Source: an uncultured Gammaproteobacteria bacterium (lineage in GTDB: Bacteria > Patescibacteriota > Patescibacteriia > Magasanikbacterales > UBA922). Taken from it: a stretch of 64,000 bases of DNA. This document shows, one piece after another, positions 48,167 to 57,885 of this stretch (the stretch's first letter is position 1; each line of letters starts with the position of its first letter). The position numbers and the translations under genes are program-made. Location: assembly GCA_965231005.1 (NCBI GenBank), contig OZ246405.1:738709-802708 (forward strand). Reading direction: 5' to 3'. The notes beneath the pieces were generated by a model that was given only the letters and a program-made list of their open reading frames with translations, made no database searches and was not told where the DNA came from.

Positions 48167-49574
48167 TATGAAGATATTTCGATATTTTTTTATTCTCAGT
48201 GCCTTTCTTTTGTTGACGTCTCATGTTTCTGCAGCTCCATTTAGTTTTGTTGTCAATCAAAATATTTGGCTATCTGGGTCTACAAATTTTGAAGGTGATA
48301 CAGTAAAAGTATATACCGTAATCGTAAACAATAATTTTGAAAATTTAACTGCAGAAGTTCAATTTTTAAATAATGGTCAAATTATTGGAAAAACATCTGT
48401 AGCAAATCTTGGTTTTGAAGAAGCAAAGCAGGTTTGGGTTAACTACAAACTTCCTGCTGGATCGCAGCAATTTACTGTTCGTTTGCGAAACGTAAAGGTT
48501 GTTGAAGAAGGTGATGAACAAACGCTTTCTCAAACACAGGTGGCACAGTTTGATGCAGAGTCATCATATGATATTGACACTGACACAGATGGTGATGACA
48601 TTGGAAATAAAGTTGATGAAGACGATGATAATGATGGACTCAGTGATGCAAAGGAAAAAGAAGTTGGAAGTAATCCATTAAAAGTTGATTCAGATGGAGA
48701 TTCTCTTGATGATAAAACAGAGGTAGATAGGGGATTGAATCCTGCTAAAAAAGATTCAGATGGAGATAGCCATAATGACAATGTAGATTTATTTCCGGCA
48801 AATAAGGGAGAGTGGGCAGATGCTGATAAAGACGGGATAGGTGATAATAGTGATCCAGATGATGATAATGACGGATTGAGTGATGTTGATGAAAAAAAAT
48901 TGGGAAGTAATCCACATAAAAAAGATACAGATGGTGATGGACTAACAGATGGAGACGAAAAGAAGTATGGAAGTAGTCCAACAAAAAAAGATACAGATGG
49001 TGATGGGATTGATGATAAACAAGAAATTGCAGATCAAACAAATCCATCAAAAGCTGACTCAGATGATGATGGGCTAAGAGATAATGATGAAAAAAAATAT
49101 GGCACAAATCCAAATAAAAAAGACACAGATGGAGATGGACTTTCAGATGGTGACGAAGTAGAAAAAGGGACAAGTCCAACAAAGAAAGATACTGATGGTG
49201 ATGGTGTTTCAGACTTAACAGATGTATTTCCATTAGATGCAAAAGAATCTGTCGATACAGATTTAGACGGGATTGGAAATAATGCGGACGAAGATGATGA
49301 CAACGATGGGCTAAGTGATGCAGAGGAAAAAACACATAAAACAGATCCACTCAATATTGATTCAGACGATGATGGTATTTCTGACACAGATGAAATTGAA
49401 AAGGGAACAGATCCTCTTGCCGGTGATACAGATGGAGATGGAAGTAGTGATAGTGAAGATGCAGAACCATTGGTTGCTTCTAAACTTGATGCAAAAAAAG
49501 CTGTTCAATATGGGGCTGTCATTTCCTTTGTTCTTGCAGTAGTATTTTACGGCTTGTATAGTGCCAAGAGATAA
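48150..49574 (+). CDS. secreted, C-terminally membrane-anchored protein with ~12 tandem thrombospondin type-3-like Ca-binding repeats
   Basis: Signal peptide; repeated KKDTDGDGLSDGDEKKYGSSP units (DxDxDGxxDxxE); C-terminal hydrophobic helix plus KR. Confidence 0.7.
   Translation: MILKNNMKIFRYFFILSAFLLLTSHVSAAPFSFVVNQNIWLSGSTNFEGDTVKVYTVIVNNNFENLTAEVQFLNNGQIIGKTSVANLGFEEAKQVWVNYKLPAGSQQFTVRLRNVKVVEEGDEQTLSQTQVAQFDAESSYDIDTDTDGDDIGNKVDEDDDNDGLSDAKEKEVGSNPLKVDSDGDSLDDKTEVDRGLNPAKKDSDGDSHNDNVDLFPANKGEWADADKDGIGDNSDPDDDNDGLSDVDEKKLGSNPHKKDTDGDGLTDGDEKKYGSSPTKKDTDGDGIDDKQEIADQTNPSKADSDDDGLRDNDEKKYGTNPNKKDTDGDGLSDGDEVEKGTSPTKKDTDGDGVSDLTDVFPLDAKESVDTDLDGIGNNADEDDDNDGLSDAEEKTHKTDPLNIDSDDDGISDTDEIEKGTDPLAGDTDGDGSSDSEDAEPLVASKLDAKKAVQYGAVISFVLAVVFYGLYSAKR
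48560..49480 (+). repeat. tandem coding repeats (~75-nt units) encoding TSP3-like motifs
   Basis: Visible periodicity of gatacagatggtgatgg... units in the DNA. Confidence 0.6.
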
Positions 49575-49653
49575 GACGTTTTTACAAATACAAAATGCCC
49601 GGTGAAAAGAATAGCGTTTGCTATATTCACCGGGTTTTCTTATATATGTTGTT

Positions 49654-50538
49654 ATGGATGTAATAAAGAGGAAAATATTTTCGTGGTACAAAAAAAATAG
49701 ACGTGATTTGCCATGGAGAAGAACAAGAAATCCTTACCATATTTTGGTAAGTGAAGTTATGCTTCAACAAACACAGGTGTTGCGAGTTATTGTAAAATAT
49801 AAAGAGTTTCTCAAAGCATTTCCAACAGTAAAACGTCTTGCTGAGGCAGCTCCTGCTGAAGTAATTAGGGCTTGGAAAGGGCTAGGATATAATCGGCGTG
49901 CATTATTTTTGCAGAAAACAGCTCGTACAATTAGGCGTGAGCACGGTGGACGTTTTCCCAAAACGTACAAAGAACTGATAGCATTGCCTGGAGTGGGTGA
50001 TTATACTGCTCGAGCTATTCTTTCGTTTGCATTTGATAATCCTGTAGCAATGATGGATACAAATCATCGGCGGTTTTACCAAAGAGTTTTTTTTGGTTTG
50101 AAAAAAAAGAGGGATCAGTACTTATTGGTAAAGGGTGATAAGATAGTTTCATCATTTTCAAAAAATAAAAAAAATAATATTGTTTCTCGTGCATATATTT
50201 GGAATCAAGCCCTTATGGATTTCGGTTCTCAAATTTGTACAACACAAAAACCTGGATGTCATGTATGTCCTATTCAAAAACATTGTAAAGCATTTCCTCG
50301 AATTCTGACACAGAAACATATTCAAGTAAAAAAGAAATCAATTCCTTTTAAAGAAACTGATAGGTATGTCCGTGGGAGAATAATAGATGCGCTTAGACAA
50401 AAGAACAATATGAAGATAGTTGTATTGGAGAAAAAATTTCCTGATGTTGATCCCAATCGATTCCAGCGGATTTTATCTCGCCTAGCGTATGATGGCTTGA
50501 TTTCTCTAAAGAAAGATCGTATACTATTGCCAACATAA
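49654..50538 (+). CDS. HhH-GPD DNA glycosylase with a 4Fe-4S cluster (MutY/EndoIII-like)
   Basis: VSEVMLQQTQV, the HhH-GPD motif LPGVGDYTARAIL and a Cys cluster CTTQKPGCHVCPIQKHC. The start was trimmed to the ATG at 49654. Confidence 0.75.
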   Translation: MDVIKRKIFSWYKKNRRDLPWRRTRNPYHILVSEVMLQQTQVLRVIVKYKEFLKAFPTVKRLAEAAPAEVIRAWKGLGYNRRALFLQKTARTIRREHGGRFPKTYKELIALPGVGDYTARAILSFAFDNPVAMMDTNHRRFYQRVFFGLKKKRDQYLLVKGDKIVSSFSKNKKNNIVSRAYIWNQALMDFGSQICTTQKPGCHVCPIQKHCKAFPRILTQKHIQVKKKSIPFKETDRYVRGRIIDALRQKNNMKIVVLEKKFPDVDPNRFQRILSRLAYDGLISLKKDRILLPT

Positions 50539-50553
50539 TCGCATGACAAACAT

Positions 50554-51243
50554 ATGAAAAAAAGAACAATTATCTCAGTCGGTGGATCAATCGTTATTCC
50601 CAAAACAGGATTTGATGTTCCATTTTTGAAAAAATTCAAAACACTTATTCTGAAGCATGTAAGACGGGGTCATCAGTTCATTCTTGTTATTGGTGGTGGA
50701 GGAACGTGTAGAGATTATCAGCAAGCAGCAAAGAAGACAGTGTCTTCGTTGACAAAGCAGGATCTTGACTGGATTGGTATTCATAGCACACATTTTAATG
50801 CACAGTTTGTTAAATATCTATTTAAAGGACATGCTGCTCCAGATATTATTGTAAATCCACATAAAATTATTCGAAGCAAAAAACCAATCATTATCGGCGC
50901 AGGGTATAGACCTGGGCATTCTACAGATATGGATGCTGTACTTTTGGCAAAAAAATTTAAAGCAAAGCAAATCTTAAACTTATCAAATATCGACTACGTG
51001 TACACGAAAGATCCAAACAAATACAAAGATGCAAAAAAAATAAAAGAAATTGATTGGGCTTCCTTTAGAAAAAATATTGTTGGAAATACGTGGGATCCTG
51101 GAAAAAACGCACCGTTCGATCCTATTGCAAGTAAAGAATCACAGCGTCTTGGTCTAGAAGTTGGAATCCTGCGTGGGACAAATCTAAAAGAAGTAGATCA
51201 TGCACTGTCTGGGAAAGTATTTAAGGGAACGATTATACGCTAA
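50554..51243 (+). CDS. amino-acid-kinase-fold protein (putative archaeal-type UMP kinase)
   Basis: ISVGGSIV...LVIGGGG carboxylate-kinase signature at ~229 aa. Confidence 0.55.
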   Translation: MKKRTIISVGGSIVIPKTGFDVPFLKKFKTLILKHVRRGHQFILVIGGGGTCRDYQQAAKKTVSSLTKQDLDWIGIHSTHFNAQFVKYLFKGHAAPDIIVNPHKIIRSKKPIIIGAGYRPGHSTDMDAVLLAKKFKAKQILNLSNIDYVYTKDPNKYKDAKKIKEIDWASFRKNIVGNTWDPGKNAPFDPIASKESQRLGLEVGILRGTNLKEVDHALSGKVFKGTIIR

Positions 51244-51277
51244 ACATCATCCAAAAAACTCTCGGTTATCCGAGAGT

Positions 51278-51979
51278 TTATTTTTTTTGTTTGCGAAGCT
51301 TGAGTATTATGAAGAAGAATTCGATAATATCTTTTTTAGAAAGTTTTGATTTTCCTTCTTGTCTGTCTACAAACGTTACAGGAATTTCCTTTACAGAAAA
51401 TTTTTTTTGTTCAGTTCTAAATAACATTTCTTCCTGAAATGCATATCCATTACTTTTAATAGTTTCTAATTCTATTGATTCCAGAACTTGTTTTTTATAA
51501 CATCGGAAACCAGCAGTAACATCTTTTGTTTGCAGTCCAAGGAGGATTCGTGAAAACCACATCGCTCCATTACTCATACTTTTTCTTACAAATCCCCAAC
51601 CAATGATTTTTCCTCCTTGTATTTTTCGTGATCCAATAACAAGGTCATATGTTTGCGCAGCAGCAATTATTTGGGGAAGATCTTCTGGGTCGTGTGAGAA
51701 ATCTGCATCCATTTCCAACATATGTGTTGCGTCAAGTTCTATCGCTTTTTTAAATCCAGCAATATATGCTGATCCAAGTCCACGTTTTTCTGGTCTTTCA
51801 ATAACATGGATAGGATAGGTTTCTCTTAATTGTTTAACAATGTCAGCAGTACCGTCTGGAGAGTTATCATCAACAACAATAATTTCCAAATTTGAAATAT
51901 TGATTTGGAATATTTTTTTTATTAATTTTTCTATATTTTCTCCCTCATTGAATGTGGGAATAACAATAATTGGCTTCAT
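51278..51979 (-). CDS. GT2 polyprenol-phosphate sugar transferase (DPM1/GtrB-like)
   Basis: PIIVIPTFNEGENIEKLIKKI...IIVVDDNSPDGTADIV and a C-terminal basic tail. The start was trimmed to the ATG at 51979. Confidence 0.75.
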   Translation of the reverse strand: MKPIIVIPTFNEGENIEKLIKKIFQINISNLEIIVVDDNSPDGTADIVKQLRETYPIHVIERPEKRGLGSAYIAGFKKAIELDATHMLEMDADFSHDPEDLPQIIAAAQTYDLVIGSRKIQGGKIIGWGFVRKSMSNGAMWFSRILLGLQTKDVTAGFRCYKKQVLESIELETIKSNGYAFQEEMLFRTEQKKFSVKEIPVTFVDRQEGKSKLSKKDIIEFFFIILKLRKQKK

Positions 51980-52055
51980 GCGTTTCTTGCAATCTCCCTG
52001 TCTATATGTAAATATATAAGGAGTGTATAAATTGACTGTTATTTTAGCATAGTAT

Positions 52056-53192
52056 ATGGATGAGTCAACGTACAAATTATATTCAACCTCAAGTCAGGCA
52101 TGGGATGCCATGTATGATGCGATAGAAGCAGCAACCAGTTCCATTTATTGGGAGCTGTATATTTTTATTGATGATTCTGCTGGAAAGAGGTTTTTTGATC
52201 TTCTTGAAAAAAAAGCAAAAGAGGGGATTGATGTAAAAGTCATTGTTGACTCAGTTGGAAGTTTTGCCTTATCAAGCAGAACTGTTGGTTCATTGAAACA
52301 AGCAGGTGTTGACATACGTTTTTTCCATCAAAGAAAATATCGTCATAGAGGTCTTTGGAAAAAGTTAGTTTCTAGAACACACAGAAAAATATTAATTGTT
52401 GATGAGTCAATTGGTTTCATTGGTGGAGTCAACATTCAAGCATCTATGAAAGATTGGCTAGATATTCACCTCAAAATTAAAGGAAGATCGGTTCATTCAC
52501 TTTTGAGAGCTTTTGCAAAAATGTATATTATTTGTGGTGGTGAGAAAGAATCAGTGAAACATCTTTTTAAATATCGTTTTCGTGTTAAGCAATCAATGGT
52601 TGATTTTATTTACGATGATCCAGAAAAAAATAAATCAAAGGCAAGAAAGAAATATATGGAGGCGCTTTTGAAAGCACGAGAAAGAGTCATTTTGTTTTCA
52701 CCGTATTATTTTCCAGACAAAAAATTTCTTTATGCCTTGTGGCGTGCTCGTAAGCGCGGTGTAAAAGTTGACTTACTTATTCCATTTCGTACAGATCTTC
52801 GCATAGCAACATATGCAAGTTATGGTTGGTTTTCACTTATGAGAAAATTGGGTGTTCGTGTTCATCTTGTAGATCAGATGATGCATGGAAAAGGAGTTGT
52901 TGTAGATGATGACTGGGCAATGGTTGGAAGTAGTAATATTGAACATGGTAGTTTTTATGATAATTATGAAGCAAATGTGAGAATTCGAGATAGAGAGTTT
53001 GTAAAGCATATTAAAGAGACAATATCAGACTGGATGAATAAATCCTTAAATTTAGAAGATATTAATTGGGAAAAAAGAGGGAAATGGCAACGATTCAAAG
53101 AATGGGTGGCTCGTCGGCTTTATGCAATTTGGCATCCTCGAACAGGGAAAATGGGACAGGGGGAGCATTATCGTTTCAAAAAAAAGAGATGA
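52056..53192 (+). CDS. phospholipase D-family protein (cardiolipin synthase-like), two HKD motifs
   Basis: HRKILIVDESIGFIGGVNI and HGKGVVVDDDWAMVGSSNIE. Confidence 0.75.
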   Translation: MDESTYKLYSTSSQAWDAMYDAIEAATSSIYWELYIFIDDSAGKRFFDLLEKKAKEGIDVKVIVDSVGSFALSSRTVGSLKQAGVDIRFFHQRKYRHRGLWKKLVSRTHRKILIVDESIGFIGGVNIQASMKDWLDIHLKIKGRSVHSLLRAFAKMYIICGGEKESVKHLFKYRFRVKQSMVDFIYDDPEKNKSKARKKYMEALLKARERVILFSPYYFPDKKFLYALWRARKRGVKVDLLIPFRTDLRIATYASYGWFSLMRKLGVRVHLVDQMMHGKGVVVDDDWAMVGSSNIEHGSFYDNYEANVRIRDREFVKHIKETISDWMNKSLNLEDINWEKRGKWQRFKEWVARRLYAIWHPRTGKMGQGEHYRFKKKR

Positions 53193-53286
53193 AATATTCT
53201 TTTTAGTTATCCACATTAAAACAGTCATTTTTCTCCATAATTAGGAGTTTTTTTGATATACTATGTTTGAAAAACTATAGACATCT

Positions 53287-54525
53287 ATGCATGCATTCAT
53301 GTTTGATTATAAAGTACAGACAATAACTTGGTTTTTTTTACTTACCTGTTTTTTTGTTTTACTTCCTTCTGCTGTAGGTGCAGCTTCAACATTTGGGAAT
53401 AATGTTTCAGTTGGAGGAACAGCCACAATTACTGGTACAACATTTATAACTGGGACAGTCCATATTGGGGTAGTAACAAATTTTCATGAGTCAAGGACTG
53501 CAGGTGATGTAAATATTGGTGGACAGTTGGCTGTAGATGATCAAATCTATGCAAGTTCAACTCTTGCGGTTCAAGGTGCTATTTATACAAGTAGTACAAT
53601 TACTTCAGATGGTGCGTTAACAGCAAGTGGAAATGTCACGCTTGGAACAGATGACACAAATTCTATCCAAATAAATGCAGATTTTACAACTGGCCCACAA
53701 CCAAATGCCAATAATACATATGATTTTGGAGCATTTGGAAAGGCATGGGGTGGGTTGTATGCTTCAGGAACAGTATATGTTGGACAAACATCTAGCTTTA
53801 ATCTTGGATCAGATGCTGGAGATGTGAACATAGGTGGACAATTAGTTGTAGATGATGAGATTTTTGCAAGCAGTACGCTTACTGTTCAGTCAACTGTAAA
53901 GCCATATTCGAGCAATCAAGTTGATCTGGGAACAGCCACAAATGGATGGAAGGATATCTATACTTCAGGAACAGTCTACATTGGAGATTTCACAAGTATA
54001 TATTCTGACACACTAGGTACGTATATTGAGTCGGATGTACAAGCAAGTTATCTTCTCTTTACCTTTGGTGGTACAATTCGAGGTACGTTATCCAATACAG
54101 GAAATTTAGATCTTGGTACAGCTACAGTAGATGGTGGTAATATTTCAATAACAAAAGGTAATCAATCTGGAAATCCAGCACTCAATATCATTCTTTCTAG
54201 TGATGCTAATGGTCATGCAACTTTTCAAACAGATGCTGGAGATGCAATATTTGATACAGCAGGAAATAATGTGAAGCCAGTCAATAACGATGATATTGCT
54301 CTTGGTGAGTATGGCAGTGCATGGAGTGATTTATTTGCATCAGGAACAGTTCACAGCGCCACAAGTTCAATATATAATGATGTTGGAACATCAACAATGT
54401 ATATGAGCAGTGGACTATCGGGTGTTGGTTCTGAGCTCATTTTAGAAGATAGCGATGGTGCTGGATGTTCTGCAATTATGGTTCTTAATGGAAATATAAC
54501 AGCAACGACAGTTGCATGTCCATAA
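53287..54525 (+). CDS. secreted repeat protein (paralog 1) with a signal peptide and conserved mature N-terminus ASTFGNNVSVGGT
   Basis: Signal peptide; internal repeats of ...SGTV[HY][IV]G...AGDVNIGGQLVVDDEIFASSTLTVQ...; two Cys near the C-terminus. Confidence 0.6.
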   Translation: MHAFMFDYKVQTITWFFLLTCFFVLLPSAVGAASTFGNNVSVGGTATITGTTFITGTVHIGVVTNFHESRTAGDVNIGGQLAVDDQIYASSTLAVQGAIYTSSTITSDGALTASGNVTLGTDDTNSIQINADFTTGPQPNANNTYDFGAFGKAWGGLYASGTVYVGQTSSFNLGSDAGDVNIGGQLVVDDEIFASSTLTVQSTVKPYSSNQVDLGTATNGWKDIYTSGTVYIGDFTSIYSDTLGTYIESDVQASYLLFTFGGTIRGTLSNTGNLDLGTATVDGGNISITKGNQSGNPALNIILSSDANGHATFQTDAGDAIFDTAGNNVKPVNNDDIALGEYGSAWSDLFASGTVHSATSSIYNDVGTSTMYMSSGLSGVGSELILEDSDGAGCSAIMVLNGNITATTVACP

Positions 54526-54566
54526 ATTTATTTAATAAAATATTATAAAAAATAATTAAAAAAACT

Positions 54567-55919
54567 ATGCAACAATCAACATTGCACAGGCAGGATAGAT
54601 TAGCTCGTCAAATATGGTTTTGGCTTGTCTCTATTGTGCTTTTCTTTTCTATTCCATTTGCTGCAAATGCAGCTTCAACCTTTGGGAATAATGTATCAGT
54701 AGGTGGGACTCTTACCCAGACAGGAGCAGCAACATTTGACGGAGTAATTCAACCAGCGTCAAACAATGGTGAAGACATTGGAGCATATGGTGCAGCATGG
54801 AGTGAAGTGTTTGCATCAGGAACAGTTCACATTGGTGAAGTAACAAGCGCAAATGAATCTACAACAGCAGGAGATGTAAACATTGGTGGACAGCTTGTCG
54901 TAGACGATGAAATTTTTGCAAGTAGTACGATTACAGTACAAACATCTATTCTTCCATATTCACACGATGGAGCTGACATTGGTACAAATGGTACAGCAGC
55001 ATGGAATGATCTATACACATCAGGGACAGCATTTATTGGTGATGTGAATAGTTCCAACCAGGCTACAACAGCAGGAGACGTAAACATCGGAGGACAACTT
55101 GTGGTAGATGATGAGATTTACGCAAGTAGTACGATTACAGTACAAACATCTATCCTTCCATACTCAAATAGTCAGGCAAATATTGGTGCATGGGACACTG
55201 CTTGGAATAATATTTTTGCCTCAGGCTCATCATATCTTGCTGGTGCGACTTTTAATAAGAATGGGACAATAACATTTGGGACATCAACTGCAGGTGCAAC
55301 TATTGGAGAGGTAGTCTTTAATTCTCCTTTAGCGTCAGATATTCCTATTGATACAGGAAATACAAGGTCAATTGGTAGTTACTTTGGTGCGCTTAAAGAC
55401 ATGTATGCATCAGGAACAATTTTTTCAAACTCAGTGAGTAGTACAGTTCTAGATGTAAGTGGGGTAGTAACTATCGGTACAATAGATAGCTCTAACGAAG
55501 CTTCAGCAGCAGGAGACGTCAACGTTGGTGGACAGCTTGTTGTCGATGATCAGCTCTATGCAAGTTCTACTCTGGCCGTGCAAGGTGCTATTTATGCAAG
55601 TTCAACAATTGTTGTTGATGGAGGTGTAACGGTTAATGCATCAAATGGTTCTGATGCTGATTTTCAAGTAAATAACAGTTTTGGAACAGCAATTTTGTTT
55701 ACTGATGTGTCAGAGGGTAATACAGGTATTGGTACGTCAACTCCAGAGGCTGGAATTGATGTGTTCAGTATTGCAACATCATCAGCTCGAATTGATTCTA
55801 AACATGAATCAAGAGGTGGTTGTCTCATTATCAAGGATCGTGATGGTGATGGATATTCTTATGGAACAGTTAATGATGGGGCTATTACTTGGTCAACAGC
55901 AGATTGCACACAAGGATAA
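54567..55919 (+). CDS. secreted repeat protein (paralog 2), same family as 53287..54525
   Basis: Signal peptide, then the identical ASTFGNNVSVGGT mature N-terminus, three or more TTAGDVNIGGQLVVDDEI[FY]ASSTITVQTSILPYS repeats, and two Cys near the C-terminus. Confidence 0.6.
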   Translation: MQQSTLHRQDRLARQIWFWLVSIVLFFSIPFAANAASTFGNNVSVGGTLTQTGAATFDGVIQPASNNGEDIGAYGAAWSEVFASGTVHIGEVTSANESTTAGDVNIGGQLVVDDEIFASSTITVQTSILPYSHDGADIGTNGTAAWNDLYTSGTAFIGDVNSSNQATTAGDVNIGGQLVVDDEIYASSTITVQTSILPYSNSQANIGAWDTAWNNIFASGSSYLAGATFNKNGTITFGTSTAGATIGEVVFNSPLASDIPIDTGNTRSIGSYFGALKDMYASGTIFSNSVSSTVLDVSGVVTIGTIDSSNEASAAGDVNVGGQLVVDDQLYASSTLAVQGAIYASSTIVVDGGVTVNASNGSDADFQVNNSFGTAILFTDVSEGNTGIGTSTPEAGIDVFSIATSSARIDSKHESRGGCLIIKDRDGDGYSYGTVNDGAITWSTADCTQG

Positions 55920-55940
55920 TAATAATTGACAATTAGTAAA

Positions 55941-55966
55941 AGACACCCAGCAGGGTGTCTTTTTTT
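55941..55966. terminator. hairpin terminator (AGACACCC-agca-GGGTGTCT followed by T7)
   Basis: Perfect 8-bp stem plus T-run; it also serves the minus strand with a flanking A-run. Confidence 0.65.
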
Positions 55967-55970
55967 GTCT

Positions 55971-56178
55971 TCCAGGAAACCCCGCACGGAGCGAACCTGA
56001 CGTACACGACAGATGTGGATGTGTTGTTGAGCAAGAGTGCGGGGATGAATGGTGCCGCTGGAGCCTGATGAAATACAGGCGATTTGCGCGAAGCGACAAC
56101 AAAAGGAAACCCCGGACGTGAGTCCGGGGAGGAGGTCATACCAAGCGGGGAAACCGAGTCCGTAAGGGCTCGGTAGGT
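55971..56178. ncRNA. GC-rich (~58% GC) ~200-nt non-coding island with three strong hairpins; candidate structured RNA of unknown class, strand unresolved
   Basis: Sharp compositional contrast to the flanks, with no plausible ORF. Hairpins: CCCCGCAC...GTGCGGGG, CCCCGGA-cgtgag-TCCGGGG and CCGAG-tccgtaaggg-CTCGG. It lies between convergent genes, bounded by a bidirectional terminator. Confidence 0.35.
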
Positions 56179-56180
56179 TA

Positions 56181-56609
56181 TTATATTTTTATTACACGAG
56201 TCTTTTCATCAATATGTTCAAGATAAAGATGCTTTGCCTTCCTATTTTTTAGCAAGCTCTGTATCTTATCTGGCCATTCAATAATAGTGAGTGTTTTGCT
56301 ATCTCCTAGGTAGTCTTCAATTCCAATATCAATTAATTCTTGTTCATGTTCTAATCTATATGTATCAATGTGTACCAGTTGTTCTATACTGTTTTTGAAC
56401 TCTGGTAGTGAATACATATTCATTAGAGAAAATGTTGGGCTCGTGATATCATTTGTTATTCCAAGTTCGTTTGCAATGAGTTTTGTGAGTGTTGTTTTGC
56501 CAGCACCAAGATCTCCATGTAGAAGCAGTATATCTCCGCCATGTAATCCACTAACAATATCTTCTGCAATTTTTTTTGTCTCTTCAATTGAGCGTACTGT
56601 ATATTCCAT
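56181..56609 (-). CDS. tsaE: tRNA threonylcarbamoyladenosine biosynthesis ATPase TsaE
   Basis: LHGDLGAGKTTLTKLIANELGI P-loop at ~140 aa. Confidence 0.85.
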   Translation of the reverse strand: MEYTVRSIEETKKIAEDIVSGLHGGDILLLHGDLGAGKTTLTKLIANELGITNDITSPTFSLMNMYSLPEFKNSIEQLVHIDTYRLEHEQELIDIGIEDYLGDSKTLTIIEWPDKIQSLLKNRKAKHLYLEHIDEKTRVIKI

Positions 56610-56610
56610 A

Positions 56611-57885
56611 TTAATTTGGAAGAGGGAAGTCTTTGCAAAGTTCTTTTACTTCTTCATGAATCTTTACAAGTGCTGCATCATTGTCAACGTTTGAAAGCGC
56701 ACTATGGATAAACCCAGCAACAGTCTTCATTTCTTCTTCTTTCATTCCTCTTGTCGTAAGTGCAGGAGTACCCATACGAATTCCAGAAGGATCAAATGGC
56801 TTTCTTGGGTCAAATGGAACTGTATTCTTGTTTACAGTAATTCCAGCTTTTCCAAGTGCTTTTTCACCTTGTTTTCCTGACAGGTTTTTATTGTTTAAAT
56901 CAATAAGAAGAAGATGTGTTTCAGTTCCACCAGTCACAAGGTTGTATCCATGTTGCAAGAGTTCATCTGCCAATACTTTGGCATTTTTTACAATTTGCTG
57001 TGCATATACTTTAAACTCAGGTTGCATTGCTTCCTTCAGAGCAACAGCAATGGCTGCTGTTTGATGGTTATGTGGGCCACCTTGGATTCCAGGGATAATT
57101 GCACGGTCAATCAATGTCGGGATGTTTTCTTTTGAGCGCTCTACCTTTTTGAGTGGAGTAGACGGGTTTCCGTTTGCAAGAATAAGTGCACCACGTGGAC
57201 CGCGAAGTGTTTTGTGAGTTGTTGTAGTAACAACATCTGCAATACCAACTGGATTTGGGTGAACACCGCCCGCAACAAGCCCAGCAACATGTGCCATATC
57301 TGCTAAAAGATATGCACCGACACTGTCTGCAACTTCCTTGTATTTTTCCCATTCATAGATTTGAGGATAGGCACTTCCTCCAGTAATAATTAATTTTGGT
57401 TTATGCTCTTTTGCAAGTTCATACATCTGGTCAACATCAATAAATCCATCTTCTTTTCTACACGTGTACTGGATACTATTGAAAAATGTACCTGAAAAGT
57501 TTAACTTTAATCCATGCGTCATATGTCCACCATGGAATAATTTTAATCCCATGAGTGTGTCTCCCGGATCAAGCAAAGCAAAAAATACTGCAATATTTGC
57601 AGGGCATCCTGAGTGAGCTTGTACATTTGCATGGTCTGCACCAAAGAGTTCTTTTGCTCTATCTCTTGCCAAATTTTCAACATCATCAACATTTTCACAT
57701 CCACCATAGTAGCGAATACCAGGATATCCTTCTGAATATTTATCAGTAAGACGTGATCCTGCTGCTTCCAGTACTGCTTCTGATGTATGGTTTTCAGAAG
57801 GAATCATTTCAAGTCCTTCTGCTTGTCGCAGGGTTTCTTTTTGTATCAGGTTATAAATGTCTGGATCTTTTTCTTGTAAATTCAT
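56611..57885 (-). CDS. glyA: serine hydroxymethyltransferase
   Basis: LEMIPSENHTSEAVLEAAGSRLTDKYSEGYPGIRYYGGCE, with the PLP Lys in TTTTHKTLRGPRG. Confidence 0.95.
   Translation of the reverse strand: MNLQEKDPDIYNLIQKETLRQAEGLEMIPSENHTSEAVLEAAGSRLTDKYSEGYPGIRYYGGCENVDDVENLARDRAKELFGADHANVQAHSGCPANIAVFFALLDPGDTLMGLKLFHGGHMTHGLKLNFSGTFFNSIQYTCRKEDGFIDVDQMYELAKEHKPKLIITGGSAYPQIYEWEKYKEVADSVGAYLLADMAHVAGLVAGGVHPNPVGIADVVTTTTHKTLRGPRGALILANGNPSTPLKKVERSKENIPTLIDRAIIPGIQGGPHNHQTAAIAVALKEAMQPEFKVYAQQIVKNAKVLADELLQHGYNLVTGGTETHLLLIDLNNKNLSGKQGEKALGKAGITVNKNTVPFDPRKPFDPSGIRMGTPALTTRGMKEEEMKTVAGFIHSALSNVDNDAALVKIHEEVKELCKDFPLPN

Noticed and set aside
56065-56080. A hammerhead-ribozyme-like CUGAUGA in the GC-rich non-coding island.
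   Set aside because: No adjacent stem II, no conserved GAAA, and no three-way junction could be drawn, so it is a chance heptamer.
55971-56178. Assignment of the GC-rich island to RNase P RNA, SRP/4.5S RNA, tmRNA or 6S RNA.
   Set aside because: The P4/CR-I and CR-V motifs are absent or in the wrong order. The SRP GGAA…AGCAGC helix-8 signature is absent. There is no tRNA-like 3' end or tag ORF. It is too short for RNase P or tmRNA. It is left as unclassified.
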